A program made the translations under genes and the position numbers. The notes beneath the pieces are model-generated. The model was not told where the DNA came from. It saw only the letters and a program-made list of their open reading frames with translations, and searched no databases. Of a DNA stretch of 64,000 bases, positions 44,043 to 53,016 are shown in pieces; the stretch's first letter is position 1; each line of letters begins with the position of its first letter. Source of the stretch: Candidatus Peribacteria bacterium (GTDB lineage Bacteria > Patescibacteriota > Gracilibacteria > UBA1369 > 2-02-FULL-48-14); NCBI GenBank assembly GCA_943357175.1, contig CALRGE010000004.1, positions 36,420 to 100,419 on the forward strand, written 5' to 3'.

Positions 44043-44948
44043 ATGTCTAAAATTTTAGTTGCAGGCGGGGCGGGATTCATTGGAAGCCACTTAGTGGAAA
44101 GACTTTTAACTTTGGGGCATGAAGTTACGGCTGTAGATAATTTTGTAACTGGAAACTTAAAGAATCTTTCTCATATTGTTGGAAATTTGAAAGTTATTGA
44201 TCACGATATAACTATCCCTTTTGATGGAGAATTTGAAATTATTATAAATATGGCTTGCCCTGCTTCACCTGTCGATTATCAAAATATTCCGTTGGAGACA
44301 TTATGGGTTAGTGCGATGGGAACAAAAAATCTACTTGAAATTGCGCGAAAAAATAAAGCTAAGTTTTTGCATGCTTCAACTTCGGAAGTTTATGGTGATC
44401 CGCTTGTTCATCCTCAAAAAGAAGATTATTGGGGAAATGTTAATCCAAATGGACCACGGAGTTGCTATGACGAAGGAAAAAGATTTGCTGAAAGTTTGAT
44501 TGTAAATTATCAAAATGTTCATGGTGTAAATGCTAGAATTTTTAGAATTTTCAATACATATGGACCTCACATGCGAGCCAATGACGGAAGAGTTATTCCA
44601 AATTTTGTTAGCCAAGCAATGGCTGGTGAGCCAATAACAATTTATGGTGACGGCAAGCAAACTCGCTCCTTCTGCTATGTTGATGATTTAGTGGATGGGA
44701 TTATTAGCGTCATGAATGCTGAGAAATTTTCTGGACCTGTAAATTTAGGAAATCCAAAAGAAACGACTATTTTAGAATTGGCTGAGATGATTTTACGGTT
44801 GATGGACTCGAAAAGTGAAATTGTTTTTAAAGATTTACCGCAAGACGATCCAAAAATTAGGCAGCCGGATATAAGTAAGGCTCGCAAAGAATTGAACTTT
44901 GAGCCTAAAGTTGATTTAGAAAGTGGCCTAAGAAGAACATTTATTTAA
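44043..44948 (+). CDS. uxs: UDP-glucuronate decarboxylase (UDP-xylose synthase)
   Basis: [64 protein letters not shown] are UXS hallmarks. Confidence 0.85.
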   Translation: MSKILVAGGAGFIGSHLVERLLTLGHEVTAVDNFVTGNLKNLSHIVGNLKVIDHDITIPFDGEFEIIINMACPASPVDYQNIPLETLWVSAMGTKNLLEIARKNKAKFLHASTSEVYGDPLVHPQKEDYWGNVNPNGPRSCYDEGKRFAESLIVNYQNVHGVNARIFRIFNTYGPHMRANDGRVIPNFVSQAMAGEPITIYGDGKQTRSFCYVDDLVDGIISVMNAEKFSGPVNLGNPKETTILELAEMILRLMDSKSEIVFKDLPQDDPKIRQPDISKARKELNFEPKVDLESGLRRTFI

Positions 44949-44958
44949 ACCACATAAC

Positions 44959-45747
44959 ATGCCAGGCCGAAATAGTCATCCAATTTTCGTTAAAAAAATG
45001 TGCGACAGGAAAGGCATAATTGGTAGGTTTAGAGATATTCTGTCAGTAGGTGGAATTTCTTATTATATAAAATCTGAAGGAATTCAGACGCGAATTTATA
45101 TTTACAATTATTTTCACTTGCTGGCTGATGAAAATTTCAAATCGAAATGGGAAGTTAATTTATATTCAAGAGACGGGAAAATTGCGAAGAAATTAACTGG
45201 AGCTTTTGAGGAGGGTGAAACGGTGGTTTTAGATACCGCAGAAATTAGCGAGCTTGATGATTTTGGAGTCATTCACACTAAAATAAAATGTGCACATGGA
45301 ATGTTTGATCAACCTTATACAACAACTTTTTTTAATGAATATTATAGGCCGGATAGCACGAATCATGGGGTTTTTGCGCACAGCTTGGGTGCGCCTGCTG
45401 CGATTCATTATACCTACAACAGATATTCAAGCGGTTGGAGTTTAAAAAGCGGATTTAGACCTTATATGCTGATTGGTAGCGGTTGTAAATTTAATAAAAT
45501 TGGGCACGGTAAATGCACGCGCGCGAATTTAACTTTCATAAATTATAAGAAAGAAAAAATGTCACTGGAAATGGAAAGGTTGCGGCCTATGGAATCTCGC
45601 AGACTGGACTTGTTTGCAATATTACCTGGCCTGGAAGGGCATCTTTCAGATAAGGCATTTTCAATTGTGATTGAGGCGGAGAATTTGCTTTCTAAACCTT
45701 ATTTCTACCAAACTGATGCTAAATTTTTAATGGGAGAACACTTATGA
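44959..45747 (+). CDS. unknown protein, one copy of an unrecognised ~250-aa module (paralogue set A)
   Basis: Shares motifs and order with 45744-46649 and both halves of 47596-49152 (see findings). No signal peptide or TM segment. Confidence 0.6.
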   Translation: MPGRNSHPIFVKKMCDRKGIIGRFRDILSVGGISYYIKSEGIQTRIYIYNYFHLLADENFKSKWEVNLYSRDGKIAKKLTGAFEEGETVVLDTAEISELDDFGVIHTKIKCAHGMFDQPYTTTFFNEYYRPDSTNHGVFAHSLGAPAAIHYTYNRYSSGWSLKSGFRPYMLIGSGCKFNKIGHGKCTRANLTFINYKKEKMSLEMERLRPMESRRLDLFAILPGLEGHLSDKAFSIVIEAENLLSKPYFYQTDAKFLMGEHL

Positions 45748-46649
45748 ACGACTGGAAAAAAATTCTCGATTCAAAGCAAAAATGTGTTTTCAACAGCTAC
45801 ATTCATTTGAAAAAGCCTGATCATCGCACAAGTTTTTCTTATGTTAATGAAAATCCGATTCGAGAAATTGTGACTGCGATTTTTTTGGACTCGAATGGGA
45901 ATATACCAGAGAATTATGAGCCTTTTACTTGTGAACTTGATCCTGGTGAAGTAATAAAAATAGATGCCGGTGCGCTTTTGAAGCGTGATAATTTTGTTGG
46001 TAGCTCCATGTTAATAATCAGGCCTGCGGATCAAAATGAAACAATGATTATTAAAAATAAAGACTCGGTTTCGAGTTGGAGTTCACCTCAAACTTCCTGT
46101 GAAATTGGAACAGCCGCCTTCCCTTCTTTAAATATGAAAGGTGTGAAGGAAAATCAAAGTTACTACATGTTTTGTTCCGGAGTTACTTCTGATGAAAAGA
46201 AAAAAACACAGATTGTGGTGTTTAATCATTCAACCGATTCGGGATACGAAGATGAAGTGGAATTTAGTCCAAAATTGCAGAATTTAAAAGGAAAAAGTTT
46301 GATTGGGAAAAATCTTAAGGTAAAGCCTTTTGGAGTTATGATATTAGATAGCGATGAAGTTTTTGGAGAAGAGGGTCGAAACCTTTTGGCGGAAACCAGC
46401 GGTCGTGGCTCTTTAACAATGTTTCATAGAGGCCACATTTTTAGTTCTTTCTTCTTTCATGTTGACCGAGAAACTGAAAATTTAATCTGTGGAAGCCACA
46501 CTCAGCCACCGATGGGAGTTTTCATGAATCCCGTGGCACTTCAACATTACTGGTTGACTTCTATCGCGCCGACAGTACCATTCTCCAGTCAAATTGTTTC
46601 ACTTTTAAGAAAAATTAAATACTATGGGAAATCTCCAGATAATTCGTGA
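45744..46649 (+). CDS. unknown protein, one copy of the same module plus ~45-aa tail
   Basis: ATGA overlap with the upstream gene. Motifs FLDSNGNI and RDNFVGSSMLII, module end ICGSHTQP. Confidence 0.6.
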   Translation: MNDWKKILDSKQKCVFNSYIHLKKPDHRTSFSYVNENPIREIVTAIFLDSNGNIPENYEPFTCELDPGEVIKIDAGALLKRDNFVGSSMLIIRPADQNETMIIKNKDSVSSWSSPQTSCEIGTAAFPSLNMKGVKENQSYYMFCSGVTSDEKKKTQIVVFNHSTDSGYEDEVEFSPKLQNLKGKSLIGKNLKVKPFGVMILDSDEVFGEEGRNLLAETSGRGSLTMFHRGHIFSSFFFHVDRETENLICGSHTQPPMGVFMNPVALQHYWLTSIAPTVPFSSQIVSLLRKIKYYGKSPDNS

Positions 46650-47382
46650 ATTGATTATTCCTGAAAAAGGACGATACATAAATTCACCTTGGCAATATTT
46701 TAAGCAGTCAAGATTTTTCTTATGGAGTCTGTTTTCAGTGAGGGCGATTTTTTATTTCACAATCAGCGGCTTCAAATTTAAGCAGATAGAAATAACAGAA
46801 GGCAATAAGCATAATATGGCAGTTGTTGCGCATAATCTATGGGAGAATTTGGCTGTCTTTAATTTTGGAAGAGGGCGTGTGGAATTCATGCTTTGGCCAC
46901 TTCGTTTGGTGCCAACCGTGAAACTAAATGGAAAAACTCTTTGTATCGGCCCAAAAAATGAGGGCGAACTTTTATGCTACTGGGCACATGGTTTCAAATT
47001 TAAAAATATCACGGGTGTGGATCTTTTTTCTTACAGCCCAAAGATAAAAGTAATGGATTTACACGATTTGAAATTTGCTGATGATAGTTTCGATACGATT
47101 TCTTGCGGTTGGGTTTTAAAATATTGTTACGACCTTAAAAAAGCGATTTCCGAAATTGTTAGAGTTTCAAAAGCTGGTGCATTAATAACTATTGGTTTTA
47201 CTGTGGAGAGCGCTCAATCAATGAAAGATAACGATTGGGTTGCAGATCAAATTCCAGGTGGAATGGCACAGGTTTTGGAAATTTTCGGCAAGCATGTTGG
47301 TCAAATTTATTGGAAATCTGAAGATCTAAATAAAGACGGCCGCGGAAAAAGCTGTGTTGTTTTTAGAATCAAGAAAGATTAA
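46624..47382 (+). CDS. divergent class I SAM-dependent methyltransferase-like protein
   Basis: KTLCIGPKNEGELL...ITGVDL (degenerate motif I), FDTISCGWVLKYCYD, SKAGALITIGF. Confidence 0.5.
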   Translation: MGNLQIIRELIIPEKGRYINSPWQYFKQSRFFLWSLFSVRAIFYFTISGFKFKQIEITEGNKHNMAVVAHNLWENLAVFNFGRGRVEFMLWPLRLVPTVKLNGKTLCIGPKNEGELLCYWAHGFKFKNITGVDLFSYSPKIKVMDLHDLKFADDSFDTISCGWVLKYCYDLKKAISEIVRVSKAGALITIGFTVESAQSMKDNDWVADQIPGGMAQVLEIFGKHVGQIYWKSEDLNKDGRGKSCVVFRIKKD

Positions 47383-47595
47383 AAAATCTAGAGCTCTTTA
47401 CATGTTAGCCTCTAATATGTGATGGGGCGGTAAATTTTCCGCTGATTATTGTTAAAATGTAGAATATGGATAGCCAAAAAAATTTAAAGTGCTGAAATAT
47501 GCATAAGTCTTTTGCCTTCAGTTAGTATGCTGAAAGGAATGCCGACCAGTTTGAGTTTGCAAAAATAATGCCAGAGGCATATCTTCTGGTAAATT

Positions 47596-49152
47596 ATGAA
47601 ATCTTACTACAAACATCTCACATCAATTGAAGCCCCTGACAAACCTATATGGCAAACACGCAAACCGGTTTACCGTGCCTCAGCAATTTTTCCCGTCATG
47701 GAGAATGAAATCTTTTCCTCAAAAGTCGTTTTTATGGGCTATTGGATTTTAAAACGTGACATCAAAGAAATAGCACTACTTTATACTTTGAGAAATCAGC
47801 ATGGAGAAATAGTAAATCGCAGTAGTATGACTATCGACAAACCGAAAGCATACTCAATAAAAATTTCAGATTTAACTAAAGAAAAAAACTTCGTTGGATC
47901 AATTGAACTTGAGATTTTTTCAACTCAAAATCTTGTATTTCCATATCCGGGATTCGTACTCAGCTATTACAATAAAAATTTCACAACTGCAGTCCATACA
48001 ACAGGTAGAATTTATAATGACATCGAAGATCTTAAAGAAAATAATGAAACAAACGTTGCAGAATCGGGTTTTGATATTTATCCAAACTCTGAAATAGAAC
48101 CCTTTTTCACATTTACAAACGGGCCTTTTGAAGAGAAAAATACAGAAATAAAATATATATTGATAAATCATGAAAATAAAGCATCGACAGGTAGTTTTAG
48201 ACTTGAGACTCTTCGTCCATATGAAACTACATTTGTATTTCTTAAAAAATTCATGGATCTTAAATTTCTAGGTGATCAGCCTGGAGTAATAAAAATCTCT
48301 CATAATTTTCGTGGTTTCTTCCCTCGTTTCGTTGCTGGCAACTTTCAAAATGATTTCCCTGTCGCGAGCATAACTCACACTTATTACGATACAAGCGCCT
48401 CTTGCAGCAATGCTGACTATTGGAGAAAAATAGATCAAAATTTCCATGACTCCTCGGTTTATATTCCACTTTTCATAAATGATGATTTCTATACTGATGT
48501 GGTTTTTTACCCAATCTACTCACCTTCCGAGTTCCAAATTGATCTACAGTTTTTTGATGGAAGTGGCAATATTCTAAAAGAAATTCTAAATTTTACCAGA
48601 ATAAATAGTAAAAAAACTACCCTACAAAAGCTTAATTTTAAAGAAATCGCGGAAGAGATTAATGGTGCTGTCGGAGTGAACATAATTCAAAATGCTACAG
48701 AAGGAAATCTATACCCTGCAAGAATAAAAATGGGCCTCAATGTAGGACAAACAAATAAACCGGTAAAAATTCCTTGTAACATTTGTTTTAATGCCCAGGT
48801 TGGAAATCCTGAAGTAGCAAAAAAAACTCGTAGCTTTAAATGGGCACCACTACTCAACGGCGGAAATTCCGTGATTGTAATTACAAATTCTGCACCGATG
48901 AAAAATTATTATCGCTCTGCAACTGTGAAATTGAAATTTTTCAGAGAAAAAGATGATAATCAAATCGAAAAAACAATAGAAATACAGACTTTTGGACAAG
49001 CAAGAATTGAAGTGGATAAATCTCCTGATCTGATTCTATTTTTTGAGAATACAACTGGTTGGATAGTTGCTGAATCTGAGAATCCATATATTTTTCTTTG
49101 GTATTTTGATATATCAAAAAGCGGCGCAATTGCAGGCGATCATTGCTTTTAA
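47596..49152 (+). CDS. unknown protein, two tandem copies of the same ~250-aa module
   Basis: N-half: LLYTLRNQHGEI, KNFVGSIELEIF, end SITHTYY. C-half: DLQFFDGSGNI, INGAVGVNII, end IAGDHCF-stop. 518 aa. Confidence 0.6.
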   Translation: MKSYYKHLTSIEAPDKPIWQTRKPVYRASAIFPVMENEIFSSKVVFMGYWILKRDIKEIALLYTLRNQHGEIVNRSSMTIDKPKAYSIKISDLTKEKNFVGSIELEIFSTQNLVFPYPGFVLSYYNKNFTTAVHTTGRIYNDIEDLKENNETNVAESGFDIYPNSEIEPFFTFTNGPFEEKNTEIKYILINHENKASTGSFRLETLRPYETTFVFLKKFMDLKFLGDQPGVIKISHNFRGFFPRFVAGNFQNDFPVASITHTYYDTSASCSNADYWRKIDQNFHDSSVYIPLFINDDFYTDVVFYPIYSPSEFQIDLQFFDGSGNILKEILNFTRINSKKTTLQKLNFKEIAEEINGAVGVNIIQNATEGNLYPARIKMGLNVGQTNKPVKIPCNICFNAQVGNPEVAKKTRSFKWAPLLNGGNSVIVITNSAPMKNYYRSATVKLKFFREKDDNQIEKTIEIQTFGQARIEVDKSPDLILFFENTTGWIVAESENPYIFLWYFDISKSGAIAGDHCF

Positions 49153-49225
49153 ATTTGTTAAATTAATCATAATCATTAATGTGAAACACTCCACGAGCTT
49201 ACACACTGGATGTGAGATTGAGCAT

Positions 49226-49837
49226 TTAAAGCTTTTCGCCGATTGCAAGTATCGATTTTGTTCCTCCTTTGATTGCGGAAGCAAGTCTCCATTTTAGAAA
49301 CTCCGGTAATTTCCAGTAAAGTTTTGAGCGACAAATCAAGCCGGGTCCAAGGAAAATTGTTTTGAAGCCATACATATTCAAAGTCGTGCTTAGACCCTTT
49401 GGTGTATATGGCTTGCAATGAGTTGGATCATTGAAAAAATTTTTGAAATCCATTTGCCAATTTGGAGTTCGAATAATTACAACTCCGCCTTTTTTGAGGA
49501 TTCGATTTGTCTCTTTCATAATCCTGTCCGGAGTTCGGATATGCTCAAAAACCGCATTCATTGTCACCACGTTAATTGATTCGTCATCATATGGCAACCT
49601 GTCTGTTTCAAGATTGCAACGATCGAAATCTATGCCCTCAGCTTCCATTCCGGCTGCACGACATGCCTTGCTGAAATCATCTGTTCCGCAACCAAGATCA
49701 AGAATTTTTGATTTAAATTTTTCACCTAAAATCCCCGTGTAAGTTCTAATGTATCGATTATTATAATCAAACCAAGCGTTTAAGCTTTTTTCAACTCGCA
49801 TTTTTTCTTCGCGATCTTTTCGGTAGGATTCAATCAT
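49226..49837 (-). CDS. class I SAM-dependent methyltransferase
   Basis: ILDLGCGTDDF (motif I), GIDF, VVTMNAVFEHI, LKKGGVVIIRTPN. Confidence 0.75.
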   Translation of the reverse strand: MIESYRKDREEKMRVEKSLNAWFDYNNRYIRTYTGILGEKFKSKILDLGCGTDDFSKACRAAGMEAEGIDFDRCNLETDRLPYDDESINVVTMNAVFEHIRTPDRIMKETNRILKKGGVVIIRTPNWQMDFKNFFNDPTHCKPYTPKGLSTTLNMYGFKTIFLGPGLICRSKLYWKLPEFLKWRLASAIKGGTKSILAIGEKL

Positions 49838-50535
49838 ATTTCGTTTTGCTTAATTAAATCCAAAGTCTCGCCCAAGTCAACAATAGTATCATTTTTATAT
49901 AGCCTTGTGTAGATTTTATTCATAAATTCGAAGTCTGCTATCGTGTCGACTGAAAGCTTGAAAGGTTTTGTAAAATTGGATTTTAGGAATTTATTTCCAA
50001 CTGGTAAATAACCAATTTTCCCAAAAGAAGGATTCTCACGAATATATTTTGTAACGTGCTCATGATATGGTTTCTCAACCGTAAAATTCTGAATTCTTTT
50101 TAGAGTTGCAAGTGAAATGAATTCGAATCCCTCGTAGACGTGGTCTATTTTGGGATCGTAAAAAACGTAATCAAGATTTTCTGTGATGCCTTTTTCTATC
50201 ATTTTTTCAATTTGAACTGGATCAATTAAAGCTGCATCGCAAGTAATGCGGATTATATTATCGGCTTGGAATTTTTCAGCAGCGCTTATGAAGCGCTCAA
50301 GAACATCTTCTTCCGAGCCACGAAAAAATAATAAATTTTCACTTTTTGCAAAGCACTCAATTTTGTCGTCATTTTGTTTTTCGCTGGTTGCAATTCCAAT
50401 ATCATCAAGGTTTTTAACCTGTTTGAGACGATTTACGACATGCCATATCAAAGGTGTACCCGCTAAATTCATGAAAATTTTACCAGGAAGTCTCGTAGAG
50501 CCTGTTCTAGCTTGAATTATAGCGATTGTCTTCAT
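49834..50535 (-). CDS. SpsF-type cytidylyltransferase (CTP_transf_3) - candidate CMP-nonulosonate synthetase
   Basis: AIIQARTGSTRLPGKIF...GTPLIWHV, IRITCDAALIDP. Confidence 0.7.
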   Translation of the reverse strand: MKTIAIIQARTGSTRLPGKIFMNLAGTPLIWHVVNRLKQVKNLDDIGIATSEKQNDDKIECFAKSENLLFFRGSEEDVLERFISAAEKFQADNIIRITCDAALIDPVQIEKMIEKGITENLDYVFYDPKIDHVYEGFEFISLATLKRIQNFTVEKPYHEHVTKYIRENPSFGKIGYLPVGNKFLKSNFTKPFKLSVDTIADFEFMNKIYTRLYKNDTIVDLGETLDLIKQNEI

Positions 50536-51227
50536 GCAAAATCTCTTATAATCATGAATGCCTCCGCATTATTGAAACCGGATTCGCTTCCACGAACTTT
50601 TGCCAAAGCCCGTAAAACTTCTGGACTACGCGGGTGTGGATCTGTGCGAACTTCATTTTTATAAGCCACCATCGCCTTTATTTTGTTTTCTAAGTCTTCG
50701 TTTGAAAGTTCCATGTAAAAATTAGGTTCCCACATTGTTGGCTTCAAATAACCTGTACTTGAGGGGATTTCAGAAGAAACTAAAGCAATGTGACTACCTA
50801 CGCCTGGTCTTGAAGCTACTACTGCCGCTTCATGACAATATTGATGGTCAATATTTGTGCAGAATCTGTGATGTGTAAAAATCACATCCGGTTTTACTTT
50901 TACAAGCAAGTCTTCGAGCCAATGATTTAATTCGAGTCGGGTTCCTTTATCCATTTCATTATCAGGAAAATTTCCTGTGAAAATATTTTCCATTTTCACT
51001 CCAAGAATAGTCATTGCCTCTTGAAAATGTTCAGTAAGTAAATCCTTTTCGGCGTTCATTGAATTTTCGTCCTTTTGATTCCGACGAGCGTAAACTCCAG
51101 CACCAGGAATTGCCACAAAAATTTCATTACCAGCTTTCGTAAGTTTCGAAATTGTTCCACCAGCTCCGAGAGTTTCATCATCCGGGTGAGCAAAGAATGC
51201 CAGAATTTTCTTATTTTTTAGATCCAT
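50532..51227 (-). CDS. PIG-L/LmbE-family N-deacetylase
   Basis: FFAHPDDETLGAGGT and a downstream HxxH-type cluster (THHRFCTNIDHQYCHE). Confidence 0.8.
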   Translation of the reverse strand: MDLKNKKILAFFAHPDDETLGAGGTISKLTKAGNEIFVAIPGAGVYARRNQKDENSMNAEKDLLTEHFQEAMTILGVKMENIFTGNFPDNEMDKGTRLELNHWLEDLLVKVKPDVIFTHHRFCTNIDHQYCHEAAVVASRPGVGSHIALVSSEIPSSTGYLKPTMWEPNFYMELSNEDLENKIKAMVAYKNEVRTDPHPRSPEVLRALAKVRGSESGFNNAEAFMIIRDFA

Positions 51228-51918
51228 GTTTTTTAGTTAATACCTCTGCGCTGATTGTTACTTGAGCAGTAAGTTTATCACCTTTTTTTTCTGCGTCAAA
51301 AAACTCCAACCTGAATTTTCCCATTTTCAGAAAAGCTTTTGGGTAAGTTTCGGCATCGAGCATTCTAATGAAGTTATGAAATTCTTCTATATTTTTTGCT
51401 TTGAATTCTTTCAAATCGCTTTGTTCCGGTTTTCGTCTTTTGAAGTTTACAGTTTTGCCTAATTGCTCTTTTGGCTGAGGATTTTTCGTAATTATTTCAT
51501 TAATCATTTCAACAACTACTAGCGCATTTTTTTCATAAATTTCTTGCGCTCTACCTTTCAATGAGATGGCTTTCTTCATATAAATCGGGCCGGCATCCAG
51601 TTTATCAATCATACGAAGTGCAGAAAGTTTTGATTCAGTTTTGCCCTCAATAATAAGATTTTGTATTGGACTTCCGCCACGGCCATAAGGCAAATCAGTC
51701 TCATGAAAACAAACGCACTCATAAGTATTTAGAATTTTTGTGGGAACAATTTGGCTCCAATGAGGAAAGAAAATGTAGCGCGGTTGAATTTTAGCCAAAT
51801 TCTCTAAATTCAAATCCTCCGGATTTGTGATCAAATGCCATTTTCCTGGAAACTTTGAAATCTTCTCTTTGAAGAGTTTTATATTCCAATCCTTAATTGT
51901 TACAACGAGGTAATTCAT
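51211..51918 (-). CDS. formyltransferase-fold protein (Fmt N-domain-like) with atypical catalytic motif
   Basis: ECVCFHETDLPYGRGGSPIQ aligns with the Fmt motif [20 protein letters not shown]. His72 and the later Asp (KLDAG) are present, but Cys70 replaces the Asn. Confidence 0.55.
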   Translation of the reverse strand: MNYLVVTIKDWNIKLFKEKISKFPGKWHLITNPEDLNLENLAKIQPRYIFFPHWSQIVPTKILNTYECVCFHETDLPYGRGGSPIQNLIIEGKTESKLSALRMIDKLDAGPIYMKKAISLKGRAQEIYEKNALVVVEMINEIITKNPQPKEQLGKTVNFKRRKPEQSDLKEFKAKNIEEFHNFIRMLDAETYPKAFLKMGKFRLEFFDAEKKGDKLTAQVTISAEVLTKKHGSKK

Positions 51919-53015
51919 TTAAAGAAAGATTTAATTGCGTTGCAGATTTCTACAAGCTCAGACTCTTTTAAACCTGGAAATAGAGGGATCGTTAGTTGAG
52001 TTTTTTCATAAAGATCTGCGTTTGGCAATGAAGTTTCAGCATATCCGTTTTCGCGATAATAAGGATGTCGATAAACACAAGGATAGTGGAAATTAGACTG
52101 AATTTCCTTGGTCTTTAGAAAGTCATGAAGGGCGCATCTTTTATCCGCATCTTTCACACGAATCACAAAAATATGCCATGAAGAAATGTTTCCTTTAATT
52201 TCGGTCGGCAAAATAATTCCATCAACATTTGAAAGTTCTTTTTTGTAAATTTCAACTAATGTTTTTCGTTTCACAATAAAATTGTCGAGCTTTTTCATTT
52301 GACTGGTCCCAAGTGCACATTGAAAATCTGTGATTCTATAATTGAAGCCCATTTCTGTCATTACATTAAAGCCTTTTTCATTTTTTGCTACTCCGTGACT
52401 ACGGAGCGATTTCAGTTTTTTAAACATGGTCTCGTCGTCGGTTAAAACCGCACCACCCTCTCCAGTTGTAATTGATTTAACAGGGTGAAAACTCAAAGTA
52501 GACAAATCTGCAAAGCTACCGGCCTTTTGTCCATTTTGTGAAGCTCCAAGTGAGTGAGCTGCGTCATCAATCAGCACCAAATTGTGTTTTTTGGCAATTG
52601 CGGATAATCGCTGCCATTCACAAGGCTGACCGGCAAAATCTACTGCAACAATCGCCTTCGTTTTTGGAGTAATCAACGCTTCAATTTTTTCTTCATCGAT
52701 ATTGTAAGTGTCAAGTCTAATGTCACAAAAAACCGCCTTCGCTCCACAAAGAATCATCATATTTGTTGTCGCAACAAAAGTGTTTGGAGTTGTTATAATT
52801 TCGTCGCCGACAGAAATTCCAGCTGCTAAATAAGCCAAATGCAATGCTGTAGTTCCGTTTGAAACCGCAACAGCAAATTTTGAGCCCGTGTAGTCACACA
52901 AATCTTTTTCAAAATCACTAACTGCAGAACCCTGAGTCAAAAAATTGCCTTTCAGAACCGAAACAACAGCTTGAATATCATCTTCATCGATTGTCTGTCG
53001 GCCGTAGGGAATCAT
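51915..53015 (-). CDS. pseC: UDP-4-keto-6-deoxy-HexNAc aminotransferase (PseC-like, DegT family)
   Basis: IPYGRQTIDEDDI, LTQG, GDEIITTPNTFVAT, LIDDAAHSLG, SFHPVKSITTGEGG. Collinear with PseC as I remember it and adjacent to pseB. Confidence 0.8.
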   Translation of the reverse strand: MIPYGRQTIDEDDIQAVVSVLKGNFLTQGSAVSDFEKDLCDYTGSKFAVAVSNGTTALHLAYLAAGISVGDEIITTPNTFVATTNMMILCGAKAVFCDIRLDTYNIDEEKIEALITPKTKAIVAVDFAGQPCEWQRLSAIAKKHNLVLIDDAAHSLGASQNGQKAGSFADLSTLSFHPVKSITTGEGGAVLTDDETMFKKLKSLRSHGVAKNEKGFNVMTEMGFNYRITDFQCALGTSQMKKLDNFIVKRKTLVEIYKKELSNVDGIILPTEIKGNISSWHIFVIRVKDADKRCALHDFLKTKEIQSNFHYPCVYRHPYYRENGYAETSLPNADLYEKTQLTIPLFPGLKESELVEICNAIKSFFK

Positions 53016-53016
53016 G

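Noticed and set aside
49153-49225. The convergent gap between the 518-aa gene and the methyltransferase gene as a bidirectional terminator.
   Set aside because: Only imperfect short complementarity (CACTCCA / TGGATGTG) is present, with no convincing stem plus T-run, so I did not annotate it.
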